Assembly: GCF_009914755.1 (NCBI RefSeq)
Contig: NC_060932.1
DNA: 64,000 nucleotides
Reading direction: 5' to 3' (one strand)
DNA from: the human T2T-CHM13v2.0 reference genome, Homo sapiens
The notes beneath the pieces are model-generated. The model searched no databases and was not told the origin of the DNA. It was given only the letters and a program-made list of their open reading frames with translations. This document shows, piece after piece, positions 38,761-54,204 of the stretch. The position numbers and the translations under genes are program-made. Every line of letters begins with the position of its first letter. Position 1 is the first letter of the stretch.

Positions 38761-40047
38761 TGTCACAAGGTGGCTAGCTGCCCCCAAAAGCATGCATGCT
38801 TCCTGTTCTACACTGCAGAATTGTTGCTGAGAAAGAGCTGCTGAGCCAGGGACATTTCCCAGGGCTGCTCACTCCCTCCCCCAACCCATCCTTTCTTTTG
38901 CATCCAGATGGAGCCACCTTCCTAGAAGGCAGACAGCACATCTTGTAGCCTGTCCTTAGCAGGGCACATGCTGCTCTAGGGAGGAGAATCAGGTCTATAA
39001 ATCAGTCAGAAGTCTGAAACTAATATCAGCAACAGAAATAATTACCCTTTTTAAAAAAAGATTGTATTAAACCATGGCAATACTATTCTTCACCAATTCA
39101 ACTGCCAGCATTGAAAATATGTTACTTCCGAGAATAGAAGAGAGTGCCAGGAAATGGGTAATTTCCTAACTTGCTGGTGGAGAGTAAGTTGATGATTCTA
39201 ACTTTCTTTGGGACAATTTATTAATATGAATCAAGACTTCAAGAACTTTAGAATTCTGTAAGACTTTTGACCCAGGAGTTATTTTGGAAATGATCTTAAT
39301 GAAATAATAAGTAATGTGAGTAAAGATATATAGCAATTGTATTGCTTCATCTCAGAAATTTGTATATTAGAGACTAGGAGAAACCATTTAAACATCTAGT
39401 TACAGGGAAGTAGAAAAATTATACTTTGGCTACACAATGAGTTACTATGCAGCTATTTTAAATTATGTTGCAAGAGAATATTTAATACCAGGGAATGATT
39501 ATGATACATTATACAGTGTGATTCCATTCTTATTGCATTTGTAAAAGCACAGCTATATCAGGCATGAATTTGCTCTTTCTGTGCAGGTGCAAGAACTATC
39601 ACATTTCTTTTTCTAATTCGAATGAAATCTGGCTTAGAACCCCCATCCTACATGGCTGAAAGAGCCTTATTAAAAACAGCTGGGCCTCCCTCTCCCCACA
39701 CCACACCCTGTACACATACACATCTTCCTGTAGATCTTCTGACTATCCCAATGCTTCTTGTGGTACCAAGAAATAAAAATGTGCAGGTTTTCAGGCCATG
39801 GTTGTTGCCTCTGCTGCCATAATGCCTCAAAATATACCTGGTATTGACAAGGGCTGCAGTTCTGGAAGGAAGGTGGAAAGAGAAATGCCTTTCATAGTAC
39901 TGGCCTTGTCACAGGCTTGACTACAGGAGGCTTCTGCCATTGTACTCAAAGTAGTGGGGTTGGTGTTCTGTCCTGGGAGAAGCACCATCAGAGGTTTTGC
40001 CACTGTTGGTGTGTGGGGAGGGGGTGCAGGTCTTAGAAGACCTGTGA

Positions 40048-40452
<405 letters not shown>

Positions 40453-43149
40453 TAGGACAATTCTGCCTTAATTCTATGACTAACCTAATCTTCCAAACTA
40501 ATGTTTTGCCTGATTATTTCTTTGATGACCCCAAGACCCAAATAAACTGTTAGTCTCCATCCTTTAAATCCAATCCATATACCTTTGCCCACTTATACTC
40601 AGAGGCACACACAAACCCACACACAGATGAGCTTAAACCTTAGAATTCAAAGGCATGAGTGGCTTTTGAATTTTTTTTTCCCAGAGGTATGTGCATGTGT
40701 TGAGAGAAGAGGATAGAAAAGAAAAGGGTGAAATGAGAGAAGTAGGGAAATTAATTATCATTTTATTCTCTCTCACTTAAGCAGTGAAAACAAGTCAACA
40801 AACCTGCCACATATGTGTGCATTATAAAGCCTTGAAGAAAGTGTTTTTCTTTGTGTGATGGGGTTATAGGAAAATTCTTATTTTCCTCTTTGTATTAATT
40901 ATTATTTTCCAAATTTTCTACAAAAACTATTTATTCTACAATTTAAAAGAATGCAATTTCTTTCCATGTTAAGATATCAACTATTTTTTTTCTAATTCTT
41001 TTACCACCTTTTGTATTTCTAAAACAAAGAACAACTGAAAAGCAATGAGAAGTACTTTATTGAAGGACACAGACCATGACTGTAAAGGCATTTTGAAAAA
41101 CAAATGAGAAAGAAAGTCCAAAAATGTTTCTTAAGTGGTAGCTCCACTGGAATCAGTGTGCAGCTTTCTAAGGTAATGAAGTAAATAGTAACATTGATTT
41201 TGGATGTAAATATTTGAATTGATTACTTTGCTTGTCTTGGTTTTAATCTTTTTCTCTCCCCCTAAAGAACTTCCACACATGATGCCACTATGGGGGTGTG
41301 TACCCACACTGACTAAAAGTACTTATACTTAAAGAATGTTTTGCTATTCCCAATCCAATATACAATCCCATTAGAAGGTAGGTTAATAGATAGCCCCAGC
41401 TCAAAAAAGAACTGCTATTACCCTCCATTTTTCCTCTCTCTGAATCAGAGATTCTCTTGACAACTATCAACAGCCCAACCATAAGATACGAATGGAGATG
41501 GTAATCATGCCACAAAAAAAGCCCAGCAGCCCCATGGGGGTGCCTGGAATGGTGAGATTCCCATGTTCCCTTCCAGGGCATTTTTCAATCTAGAAACATT
41601 CTATTTCAGCAATCTCTCCTTTCAGACCCTTTTCCATCTGAGCACCTATCCAGACATTAAAATTCGTATCTTCCTTTAAGAAATCTCCGTCACAAAGCCA
41701 TCATCACCCTTGGCTCCAGCATAGATAAGTCTTACATGTGTGATCAGAAGTACCCTGGAGGGAGATAGGAGGTGGGGGAGAAACTAAAAGGGCATAAACA
41801 GAAAGTGTTCCTCAACATTTTCCCCCATTTTCACCTGATTCAGAAACACCTTGAGTTCATTACCAAATCCAGAAATTATTTAACACAGATGTACTTAAGG
41901 AGTTCTTGCCTTTTTGTCTGTTTCTCAAGTTGCCCTTCATCACCCTGAAGTCATGACCAGGTTTTTTAGCAGAAAAAGTCAACACCTGCAGCAGGCTTGG
42001 CCAAGGACTGAGCTCATCTCCTAGTCACTGGCTCCAGGTTCAGGTGCTGCTTCCTCCCACGCTTCTGCATGTCCTTGGTTTACAAAGCAGATCCTACTCA
42101 CAGGGAGCTCAGGGAAGAACAGTTCCTTCATATTCAGCTCTTCCAAAGACAGTCTTTGGATAGGCGGCTGTAGCCAATATAGCACAGTATTCAAACCATC
42201 CTCTCCCAAATTCACATTGTTCTGCATCCCACCACTAATAGATTGTGGTGTTCCCAAGGGCTATGTTTTTAATTAACTCAATATTTATTGATTTCTATTG
42301 TATGGCAATCATTATACTTTTTTGTCTTTGTAATACCAGGTCTTGGTCATAAGAAGCATATAATAAGTGTTTGTTTTTCAATAAATGAATATTTCCTCAC
42401 CTAGAAAGTGAGCTCTAAGAGGTCAGGAACTTGTGCCTGACACCTCCTGGGTGCTTAAAAATTCTTCGTTAAAATTAATTAATTAGTTAACTCGTGAGTA
42501 AATAAAATAATCAACCCATACCAAAAAACTTTGTAGCTGACAGTAGCAATAAGTAATACATCTGTACAATGAAAATATTTTGACTTTTGGAATTAGACCC
42601 AGATCCAAATTCTAGGTTTATCTATATGTCCCCATATATAGAAGGAAATCGTATTTATCTGATTGAATCATGAGGATTTAATGAGTTATTAAACATAAAA
42701 TGCTTGGCATATTTAATGGATATAAAGTGCCTGGCTTTTCTAATGAGTCAAAGATGCTAGTTTCTCACCTTTATCTCCTGTTTCTGAATCTCAGTTCGTC
42801 ATCCTTAAAATGACAATAATAATGGCTACTTCATCATGATGTTGTGAAGATTAAATTGCTGTGGAAAGTTCCTGAAACAGTGCTCAGCAAAAATCATCTC
42901 TATTTTTCTTACATTTCCCCTAATTTCATTATGTAGCTAATGTGTGAAGCTGGAAGAAAGAAGTGGATTAGCCATTCTTAAGAGTCTTGGGACATGTGTT
43001 TCTTAATCTTCAAGACTCCCTGGTCTTCAACCCTTCAACAGCTCCCTGGAAGAAGAGGTTGTAACCAAGACTGGTTGTGTCCTGAAATTGATGCCTCTCT
43101 TTTTCTCCAGTCTAGAAATCCCTGAGATTTAATACAAGGATTCTCAGAA

Positions 43150-43985
43150 TAAAACTACATTCCCCAGCCCCTCTTGCTGTTAGCTGTGGTCATGTGACTG
43201 AGTTCCAGCTGACGGATTATGAACAGTAGTGATGAATGCACATCTAAGTCCTGCCTTTATAGGGGAGGAATGTGTGTCTTTCTCTTTCCCACTTCCTGTA
43301 TCTGAAACGCAGACACAGTGGCTAATCATCTTAGACAATGTGGACAAGGGCACTGACCTCTGGAAAGCAGACAACAAGATAATAGTAGCTTAGTCCTTCC
43401 TGCTGCTATAACCAGGGTCTCAGGAATTTGACAGGAATTGGTGCAGGAATGTCTCAGTCTATTACTAAGTATTAGTAATACTCAATATTATTGCCACTAT
43501 TACCCCAGACTATGTCATTCATAAACAATAAAAATGTATTTCTCATGGTTCTGGAGGCAGGGAAGTCCAATACCAAGGTGCAAACAGGTCCAGTATCTGG
43601 TGAAGGCCCTCTATTTGCTTCATGGGTGACATCTTCATCCTGTGTCCTCATGTGGTGAAAGAGTTAAGGGAAGCTCATTCCAGTCTCTTTTATAAAAGCA
43701 CTAATCCTATTCATGAGGATGGAGCCCTCAAGACTTAATCATTTCCAAAAGTCCTGACCACTTAATACTATCACCTGGTGTATTGGGTTCTAACATATAA
43801 ATTTTGGGGGTATACCAACATTCAGATCATAGAAGTAACCTAACTCCCCGAACCATGGAGAAATCATGTGAGCCCCTGAATGCTTATGTTCAGCTATCTG
43901 AGAGAGAAAGAAATGTTTCTCTTGCTTAAACTACAGATACTTGAGTCTTTGCTGTTTCAGATGAAACTAAATCTGATCTAATACA
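43150..43985 (+). mobile_element. Old MLT1 LTR, interrupted by a younger MaLR LTR
   Basis: ACTACATTCCCCAGCC...TAGCTGTGGTCATGTGACTGAGTTC start; GAGAGAAAGAAA...TCTTGCTTAA...CTAATACA end. Confidence 0.55.
43450..43834 (-). mobile_element. MLT1A/MSTD-like MaLR LTR
   Basis: TATTTCTCATGGTTCTGGAGGCAGGGAAGTCCAA...CACTAATCCTATTCATGAGG...AACATTCAGATCATAG. Confidence 0.8.
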
Positions 43986-44742
43986 GAGGCATTAGGAGAT
44001 CTTCGAATATCCAGGCATTGTTAATGACAAATCCTTACCTTAGGCACTTTTTAAGCCTCCCCCATAGGGATCCCAGCCACCAGGCAAGGCTAATCTGCTT
44101 GGTCGGCACTGCCTGCTCACCCTCTTACTGGCCCGCCTACCCAGAGATTTAAAGTTCCCACCTAGGCAACCAACCAGAATCCAATCTAGCCTTGAAAGCC
44201 CCTTCCAGAGCCAATCTTGTCAATGAAGCTTTCCCTGCTGAATGATAGCTCTCTGGGATCTCTCCCTTGTCTGAGCTCCATAGCAGCTGACTAGACCATC
44301 TGTTGTTTGGTTCCAACCCCATTCTGTTTTCTAGCCCATGGGTTTTCATCCCTATGCCCTTCCTCTTTATATTAACAAATTCATTAAGAATAAGATCCAT
44401 GTTTTAGGCGTTTTTATCAGATGTTTGTATCTTTATCTGATTTTGGAAGTCATTTCTAACCATGAAGCATCATACTCTGTACTCTAGAAGTAAAGTGGAC
44501 TTTAGAGATTGGTTTCTACATCTTCCTAAATTGTGATGTCTTCAAAGGCAAAAAAAAACTGTGTCACAATGAGCTCTGTGTCCACAGTAACTGATTCATG
44601 CATGTACCTCAGTCAATGCTTACAGATTGATAGATAGATGAATCTTAGCAGGCCCCCGTCATCTAGAATAATGTCTTGTCCTTAATGCCTACATGCCTCT
44701 ATAAACTAATTACTTAATGTGGGTGTTGCCAAGGAAAGAAAC

Positions 44743-45186
44743 TGTGAAAGGAAAATAAATTTTGGGTACCCCAAATCACTAAGCTAAAGGGAAAAGTCAA
44801 GCTGGGAATTGCTCTAGACTAACCTGCCTCCCATTCTATTCAGTCACCCCTCTGCTCACTGAGACAAATGCATATCTGATTTTCTCCTTTGGAGAGGCAA
44901 ATCAGAAACTCAAAGGAACACAACCATTGGTCTCTTACCTACCTATGACATCCCGCCTTTGCTTCAAGTTGTCCCGCCTTTCCCAGAATGAACCAATGTT
45001 CATCTTACATATGTTGATTGATGTCTCATGTCTCCCTAAAATGTATAAAACCAAGCTGTGCTCTGACTGCCTTGGGCACATGTCATCAGTACCTCTTGAG
45101 GCTGTGTCATGGGCGTGCATCCTCAGTCCTGGCAAAATAAACTTTCTAAATTAACTGAGACCTGTCTCAGATATTTAGGGTTCATG
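44743..45186 (+). mobile_element. MER4A1-like ERV1 solo LTR
   Basis: TGTGAAAGGAAAATAAAT...AAGCTAAAGGGAAAAGTCAAGCTGGGAA...TGTATAAAACCAAGCTG...AATAAACTTTCTAAATTAACTGAGACCTGTCTCAGAT; flanks AAAC/AAGC. Confidence 0.9.
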
Positions 45187-45804
45187 AAGCTTTTTGATCT
45201 TTGGATTTGGAACTTACATTTCCTAAAACACTTTCGTTTGTAGGCAATAGAGGCTTGACAAACTGATTTAGGCAAAAAGTAATTTTAGTTTCATAGAACA
45301 GGAAAGTCAAATGAGTACCTTCAGGTAATACTGGATACGGACATTCAAAAAAAGTCAGCAGGGTTCTGTTTCTTTCTCTCTCCATATCTTAGACATGTCT
45401 CTCCATACTTCTTTTCTGTGATAGCTTCCAGTAGCCCAAGACTTAACATAGCAAACTCAGCAGCCCAACAAAAAACATGTTCCCTAATATTTGTATAAAA
45501 CATGTATCAAGGAGTATTTTGATTGCTTTACCCAGCCTGGACATGTGTCTATCTTGAATCACTATGGCCAAGAATTTGGGGTACTTTACTAGACACATCT
45601 AGGTCACATGTTCACCTGTGAGACTAGAGGAGAGGGCCAGCTGGGTTAGCCCCATACAGGCTCCAGAATAGAGAAAGGTTATGTTCCAGAAGAAGAGGGA
45701 CAAACCAACATATGTCCATCACTGTCCTGTAGCTGATACCTCCTTCTAGACTCAGTCAGCTCAAAGGTTTTGCCTGGGATCCACATGATTCTAGATTTCT
45801 TCTT

Positions 45805-46110
<306 letters not shown>

Positions 46111-46894
46111 GTAGATTTCTTCCTACCATCTTCTTGCCACTGTTCTCGTCCTGCAGTCACTTCAGTACGTTCCTTCAGTGTCTCCCCTTGGCTCCACCCC
46201 TTCCTGCACTGCCAAAGTGTAATTGATAGTTTAGTAGGCAGAAAGAGAGTGGGCATCCCAGGATTGGGGAAGCTGATTTACCTTCTGACTAATTCAAACC
46301 TAGGGTCTGAGGTAACTGGAGCAAGTCCCTGGTGATGCCACACAAGAGAATTCTGCTTCTAGGCATTCCTTTCTGACAGGAAAGAAATTCATGCTGAGCT
46401 TATTAATTGGCTCCATCAGCCTGTCAAAAAAGCACTTGGTAGTTACTCTAATCAAGTCATTTGTTTTTTCTAGTTGAGATCAGTTATTCTCCAAAATCTT
46501 CAGAAGGCACTGGATTCCTCTAGCCGCTGAAAAGATGGGTTCCTTGAACAATACAAGTGTCTAAAAGTCTCTGTTTGCCAAATTTGCCAGCACTTGGTGA
46601 ATGCAGTTTTTCTCCCAATAAGAGAAAAGCTTCTCAAGATTGTACACTGAGAGTTTCAAGAATAAATTCTAGATATAATAGAGCTCTAGAGCCACCTACC
46701 CCTTTCCAGACCCTTGCCTCCTCCTACCAAGCCACACCAGAGCTTCTCTGAAATCTCAACCCAAGCCAGAATTTGTGTGGAAGACTTCCTAAAGTACTTT
46801 GGCCTGCCTGAGCATTCGTGAGGTCAGTGTCTTCTTCTGCTTTTCTCTCTAGCACTTCCTAGGATATATTTAACACTCCCATGATCTCATTTAT

Positions 46895-47125
46895 TAATAA
46901 TGTGGACTTACAACTTTACAGTTTGCAAATAACCTTTTTCAAGCATTATTGTGGATAACTTTCCCAAAAGCAAGGAGAGATAAATAGAACTATTGTGCTC
47001 TAAGAGGAGAGAAAACTGAGATTCAAAGAGTATTATGTAATAGCTTAAGGTTACATGGCTAGTAAGTGGCAGAGCCAGGTCTCAAACTTATGTCCTCTCA
47101 TTACAAATTCCTTAACTTTTTGTTC
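46895..47125 (-). mobile_element. MIR SINE
   Basis: GAAAACTGAGATTCAAAGAG...AAGGTTACATGGCTAGTAAGTGGCAGAGCCAGG. Confidence 0.75.
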
Positions 47126-47650
47126 CGTAACACAGTCTCTAATTATATCCTGTTGGATGAGTTTGACTCCCAATAAGTCTGCTACCTTGAGGATACAAGG
47201 CAGATTTTTGTTTTGTTTGCCTCTGAGTTCTACCTGTAGAAAGCTAGCATAGCTCTGTGTGTGTGATTGGTATTCCAAAATAATTTGTTGACTGAGGGAA
47301 TAAACCATTGGCCGCTGTGTTCCTGGTGAACTGAGTTGTCTTGGGAATTCAGCTTTGTAGGCAGGGTCTTACTGTCAACTCTAAGAAAGGGAGGCCATAC
47401 CTTCATTAGCATCTGGAGGATGTGCAAAGTGAAGCCTTCCTGTGGTAGTGGTGAGAATTGATCATTCACACAACCATTCATTCAACCAATACTATTTTCT
47501 GTCTTCTATGTACCAGGCAGAGTGATAGGTGCTGACTATAAATTGATAGATAATATACAGACACACCCAACCCAGAAGAGCTTACACCTCTTTGAGGGTC
47601 TTGGACTCTAATAGGAGTCATCTAATGATGATGTCTTCATTGTTCTCACC

Positions 47651-48180
47651 TGTATTCATTTTCTACTGATGAGTAACACATGACCACGAATTTTGCAACC
47701 TAAAACAATACCAACTTGTTAACTCAGACTGTGAAGACTCACCTGGGTTATCTGCCAAAGTTCTCACAAAACCAAAATCAAAGGTCAGCCAGGTGGAGTT
47801 CTTATCTGAAGCTTCTGAGGAAGAATCTCCCTTGCAGCTCATTCTGGTAGCAGAGTCCAGTTCCTTGTGGTCGTAAGATTAAGGTCCCTGTTTTCTTGCT
47901 GGCTGCCAGTTGGGGTTTTCTCTCAGTTCCCGCAGGCTACCCTTAGGTCTTTTCCATGGGGCCACCTCCACCTTTAAGTCTCATACTTCCCCTTTTTCTA
48001 CCAGCTGGAGAAAGCTCTGCTCTTAAAGGATTCATGTCATTAGGCCAGGACCACACAGATAGTCTCCCCTTCTTATAGTCAATCTCCCAATATAACATCA
48101 CCTGCTCACCAAGGAGCACTCACAGGGGAGAAGATTTTACAAGGCATGGATCACTGGGGTCACCTTAGAATCTACCAGCA
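47651..48180 (-). mobile_element. MLT1E-like MaLR LTR
   Basis: TCTGAGGAAGAATC...CAGTTCCTTGTGGTCGTAAGATTAAGGTCCCTGTTTTCTTGCTGGCTG...GGGGTCACCTTAGAAT. Confidence 0.75.
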
Positions 48181-48294
48181 CACCACCTCTGCCCAATTTC
48201 AGTCACTTAATCACTTCACATGGGCATTTGCCACAATCTAACAAGTGTGTTTTTCCCTGTCCTGTCTCATCCATATTTAATCAGAGGTCACAAC

Positions 48295-48648
48295 ACTATA
48301 CCTTTGCATATGCCCGTCTCTCTTCTTGGAATGCTTTCCTTGATGCTTATCCTCCAACAAAATCCCCTTTAAACTTAATCCTCCTTAAGACTCAAAGGTT
48401 ACACCCTCTGAGGGTCTTCTCAGCACCCAGCCACCCATCAGAGTTAAATAATCCCTTCCCTCTGTTTTTTATGAGACAATCCATCTCATCACACCAGAAT
48501 CTAATCCAGACTATTATCGTCTTAAACACCAGACTGTGAGGTCTCTGACATCAGAGTTTGTGTTTCATTCATCTTTGGTTTCCCAGGGCCTCCCACGGAT
48601 ATTGGCACATAGTAAGTGCTCGGAAAGTGTTTGTCAAATTTGAATTGA
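48295..48648 (+). mobile_element. L2 LINE 3' fragment
   Basis: CCTTTGCATATGC...TGGAATGCT...CCAGACTGTGAG...TGGCACATAGTAAGTGCTC...TGAATTGA. Confidence 0.7.
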
Positions 48649-50407
48649 CCTGAACTTTCTATCCTCTGTTCTGCGGATTCATGATTGGAAGAGCAGCACA
48701 GATTTGAAGTCTAGTTTGGGGCATAAAGTAGAATATCTGCAATTTTTACCTCCCAGCATGGATTATTTGGTGTTCTGATTATTGAACCCTAATAAGCCAT
48801 TATGAAACCACAACACCCCCACTTTCCATCCATGCAATCAACATGGGATTTCCTTACTACCCCATCCAAGTATAGACTCACCTATGACTCAGGCTTTGCT
48901 AATAAGAGGCACCGTGATTGATTCCAAGATGGACACCTGATGCAATTCAGCTGATGACATGCCTTTCATCCTCTTACACCCTTTGGGAAAGCAGTTTTCT
49001 CTTTCCGTCGGACTTGTGGAGCTGGTAGAATAAACACTTGAAGCAACTAGTGGCTTTCTCTGCCACCCTCTAAAGGAAACCTCATAATGAACCAACACAG
49101 AAAAAATAATAGAACTAAGAGATGACAACAGAGAAACACTGAGTCCTGAAGACATCATGAGCCACTGGACTGAGCCACGCCTAAAGCTTGTCATCTTTTG
49201 AATTGGCCAGTAAATGAAATCTCTTCTTACTTACATTTCCACTGACACACTTTCCCGTTTATTAATTAGCGTTGGGTTTCTGTTACTTGCAACCAAAACC
49301 AAAACCCTGAAAAACACAAGACAGTAATCTCTAATTATGGGGAAAAAATCCAAAAATAACTAACCCCTTCTTACCTCATTAGTCTTCATGAAAACTGAAC
49401 AAATGGGGTCATTGGAAATGCCACTGCTTCCAAGCTCTTCAATACTAACCTGCTCAATCCTTTTTACTTTGTGTTGGAATGCAGAGACCAAGGATTTGGG
49501 GACTGATACTGTAATGAGTAACAGAACAGAGAGTATTGTTCATTACTTTCAGAAGCAGCAACTTAAGTCTTGAAGCCAAGTTTTTCTAAGGGACCCCAGG
49601 TGTGCAATTTGCAAGCAAATGACAATCTACATGACTATTGATTGCTTTGACCAGCTAATTACGAGTCTGTAATTTCCTGGGCCCTAGGATTTCTCTCCTA
49701 TTTCCTATATTGGAACTCCCCTTGGATCTCATTTGTTTGCCCCAAATGATCCCTAGAGAGGAACTTCTCCTCTCATCAGCCTTCCCCACGTCCTTCTCCA
49801 TCCTGCTGGCCTCTCAATAACTGTGTCACCAGATTTCAAAGGGACTTTCAGCTTATTGCATAATCAGTTCTTCCTCTGAGACATCCCCCACCCCCATCAT
49901 TACCTCAGGGTGTTGGAACTTTGCTGTAAGCTGCTCACAGATCATTAAAGATCCCAGCTGTTCCTGGTCCATAACAACCCCTTTCAACTGGGTCTCCTTC
50001 CAGGAACAGCTGCAAAAGCTCCAGAAAGGAAGGGAGGAGACACATTTAGCATGATAACAAATCAGTAGGGAGTGGCCAGTTTACCCAGAAAGGCTGTGAT
50101 GCAGTTATATCCACCCAGCAACTCTCCCCACCCTCTAGGAGAGAGACAAATTTGTGCTGCCTCTGTGTGAAAACTCTTCATATCTAAAGGAATGAAATCA
50201 AGAATCACAACCCACCCCTGCTCCCTGGAGAGGAACCTGGACAAGGTTCTTGCTTTTTCCATCATCATTCACAAAAAGGCCTGTCAGTGGTTACAAGAAG
50301 ATTATTATCTTGCATATACATACATGTAACATATACTCACACCAAATTAACAACATGGAAGAAGGAGCTGTCATCTATCTCATGCAGGGCACTGTGCAAA
50401 GAGTTCA

Positions 50408-50727
<320 letters not shown>

Positions 50728-50769
50728 CAGATATGTTTGCTTGTGAATCCTTCTTTAAAAACAAATCAC

Positions 50770-50895
50770 TTATTGATAAGGAAATCAAGGCACAAGGAGA
50801 TTGAATAACTTGCCCAAGTTTGCACAACTCAGAAGTAGTGGAGCTGGGATTTGAACTCAAGTCGATCTGACTCAAGCCTATGCTGTCAACTCTAA
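50770..50895 (-). mobile_element. MIR SINE fragment
   Basis: TAACTTGCCCAAG...GGAGCTGGGATTTGAACTCAAG...TCTGACTC. Confidence 0.8.
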
Positions 50896-51734
50896 TCCCA
50901 TTCCAATATAAGACCCATTCAATTACCTAATTGGTACAGAGTCTGGGATTTAGTGGGCACCATTAAAGTTTCATTTAATGAATTTATTTTAATGAAGGCA
51001 AATTCGTGCCACCATTCTTCCGAAATGCACTTTACCCCAATCACTTTATCTACCTGGAAAACATTGAATGATTGTGCAAGATATATCTTAATTTTCATGT
51101 ACAGTATACAAAGACTTTACAAGAAGCCCCTTTCCCTTGTTCAGTGGACAGTCTTAGTCATTCCTTCCACATTGTCTCTATTATTGCCTATGTGGCACAA
51201 TTCTGTATGTATCAAAGACTTTAGTTGTCTGCCTACCCCATGAGAGCTAAGCAACATTGCCTTGAACTTTCTCCTTTCATGGCTTCAGGAAATGCTCCCT
51301 CAATATTTCTGCTAATTCCCAAGGGTTTTACATCTCCTCCTCTGTTCTATCTCTCAAGCTCCAGCTTCCTCTATTATTGCTTTTGTCTATCACTACACCA
51401 CTTGGGAATAAAATTTAACACCTTTAATTTCTATTATACATCAATGTCAGTTTTTCATGCGCCTCGTAATTTGGAAGGGAGGGCAGCAAAAGGAGTCAAG
51501 TAGTCTAGCACTCCACTTTCTACCATCTTGTTTGCTCCTACCCTTACCCCTCTCTGCACTCCTCTTATAAGCAATATAATTCCTCAATTTCTTCACACAA
51601 TGTATACAGAGCAATTTCCCCCCAAATTCTGGTACCAACTAACATCCAGGCCTTGGAAGGAAGGAACAGCAAGAGATGAGAGTAGAGTATAGGAAAAGGG
51701 GTGGGGACTCAAATCATACCCAAATCCCTCATGT

Positions 51735-52225
51735 ATTTAATAATTATTTCTTGAGTATCCCCTATCTGTGAGCTAATTAGGACACAGAGATGAAGAAAAA
51801 CAAGATGTCTATTGTTATGAAGGTTACATCCTAGTAGAAGGAACACAAAGCAAATGAATAAACACAGTCCTTTCCAACTGTGATGATGTGAAAGTAACCT
51901 GTGAGGTGGATGGTGACTAATTAAGGTAGAGTGGCCAGGCATGGCCTGACCTTAGAGGTGATATTTGAACTGAGAGTTGGAGAGGTGAAAAATCAGCCAT
52001 GCCATGAACTTGAGACAAGGGTTATAAACTGAAAGAACTATAAGGGCAAAAACTCTGAGGCAGCAACAAGCTTTTGTGTGTTCTGGAAAAAAAAAAGTGA
52101 GAAAGTAGCCGTAAAATATGAAGACAGAGACAGATAGTGGCAGAACACATAAAAGGTTTTTTTCTTAACTCCAGCGGAAATCTATGGGATATTTTTGACA
52201 TATGAGTGACCCGATCTAATCACCA
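51735..52225 (-). mobile_element. L2 LINE fragment
   Basis: GAGGTGATATTTGAACTGAG...AATCAGCCATG...GGGCAAAAACTCTGAGGCAG. Confidence 0.6.
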
Positions 52226-52459
52226 AAACATTTTTTTTCAAACAAAATAAACACTTCTTCCTATTTATGCATGTATTTTCCTTACCAGACTATGAGTTCC
52301 TTGAAACAGACAGGCATTGGACAAGCTACCTCATATAAAATGATGAAATGACATAGACATAGCTTTATGTTTTGCATTCTTCTCATTTCATGTTTTACAA
52401 ATGAAAAATGCTTGAACAAATGAATAAATTATTATTAAAAATACATGCTTAACATGCAT

Positions 52460-53745
52460 TTCAATATTTAAATGTATATATAAAGCAAAGTTGACAGAAA
52501 TAAAAGGAGAAGTAAACAAATCTGCAGTCATCATCTAAGAGTTAAAGAAAAGTCATGAGAAAAATTAAAAATTATTTAAACTGAATGGCAATGAGAATAC
52601 TATATGTCAAAACTTGCGATATAAAGCAAAAACAATGCATATATTAGAAAAAAAGATTTAAAATTAATGTTCTAAACTTTCATTTTTAAGACACTAAGAA
52701 GTAAAATTAAATCTAAAGTAAGTAGAAAAAAGGAAATAATAATAAAAGTAGGTATCAGTGAGCTAGAAAACAGAAAAGCAATTAAAAAATCAACAAAGGC
52801 AAAAAAACACGTTTTAAAAATATTAACAACTTGTTAAACCCCAAACAACACTGATGAAGAAAAAAAAGATAGAAGACATAATATCAAGGGAAAAAAAGCA
52901 GAGCCATTTTTGCAATTTCTATAGAAATTGTAAGGATAATGCAATAAATATATCCTACAAAATGCTCTTAGCCAGAATATGTAAATATGTAAAGAATTAC
53001 TACAAATTAATAAAAAGAAAAACAAATAATCCAATTTTTTTCAAAAGTAAAAACATTAAAAGGTAATTCACATAAGAGAATACACAAATGTAAATTAACA
53101 AATAAATGTATTAGTCGTCAAGAAAATGCAAAGTAATGGCAAAAACTGCAATTACTTTTGCACCAACCTAATACTACCACACCTACATAAGGATAACTAA
53201 AATTTTAAAAACTAACAAAATTAAGTTTGGGTGAAGATAAAGAACAACCAGAATCTGTGGACACTGCTAGAGGAACCACAAATTAATACCCTTTTAACAC
53301 TGTTTATTAGTATCTATTAAAGCAAACATATATGTCTCTATAACTTGTCAGTTCCAATCCTGTGTATACACCCCTCCAAAAGGTGTGCTTATTTCACAGC
53401 AGCTCTGTCATCATATCCCCTAACTAGAAATACCAAGAGCAGGATGGATGAATCTCACAGAGAGTATTAGACAAAAGAAACTAGACACAATCAGCTTCAT
53501 GCTGTATGAATCCATGTCTATGAAATTCAAAATCACAAAACTAAACCATAGTGCTAGAGATGTCCTTCCAGGTGGTGTGTGTTGGTAGTAAGAGTCATGA
53601 ACAAGCCTTCTGGGGCACTGGAAATGTTCTATGTCTTGATCTGCATGATAATCCCATAAGTGTGCATAGATGTAAGAGTTTATTGAATCCTATGCCTAAG
53701 ATCTGTTTACTTCACTGTTTGTGAATTAGGCCTCAGTTAAAAGGT
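52460..53745 (+). mobile_element. Fragmented ancient L1M
   Basis: A-rich ORF2-like pieces (AACTGAATGGCAATGAGAATAC; AAAGTAAGTAGAA; AAAATCAAC) then 3'UTR GGAAATGTTCTATGTCTTGATCTG. Confidence 0.7.
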
Positions 53746-53825
53746 ACAAAACAAAAGTTATGTATTATTTAAACATTCCTTAAACAAACAAAAACAAGTT
53801 ATTCATTAAAGCAATAGTCACGTTG

Positions 53826-54204
<379 letters not shown>

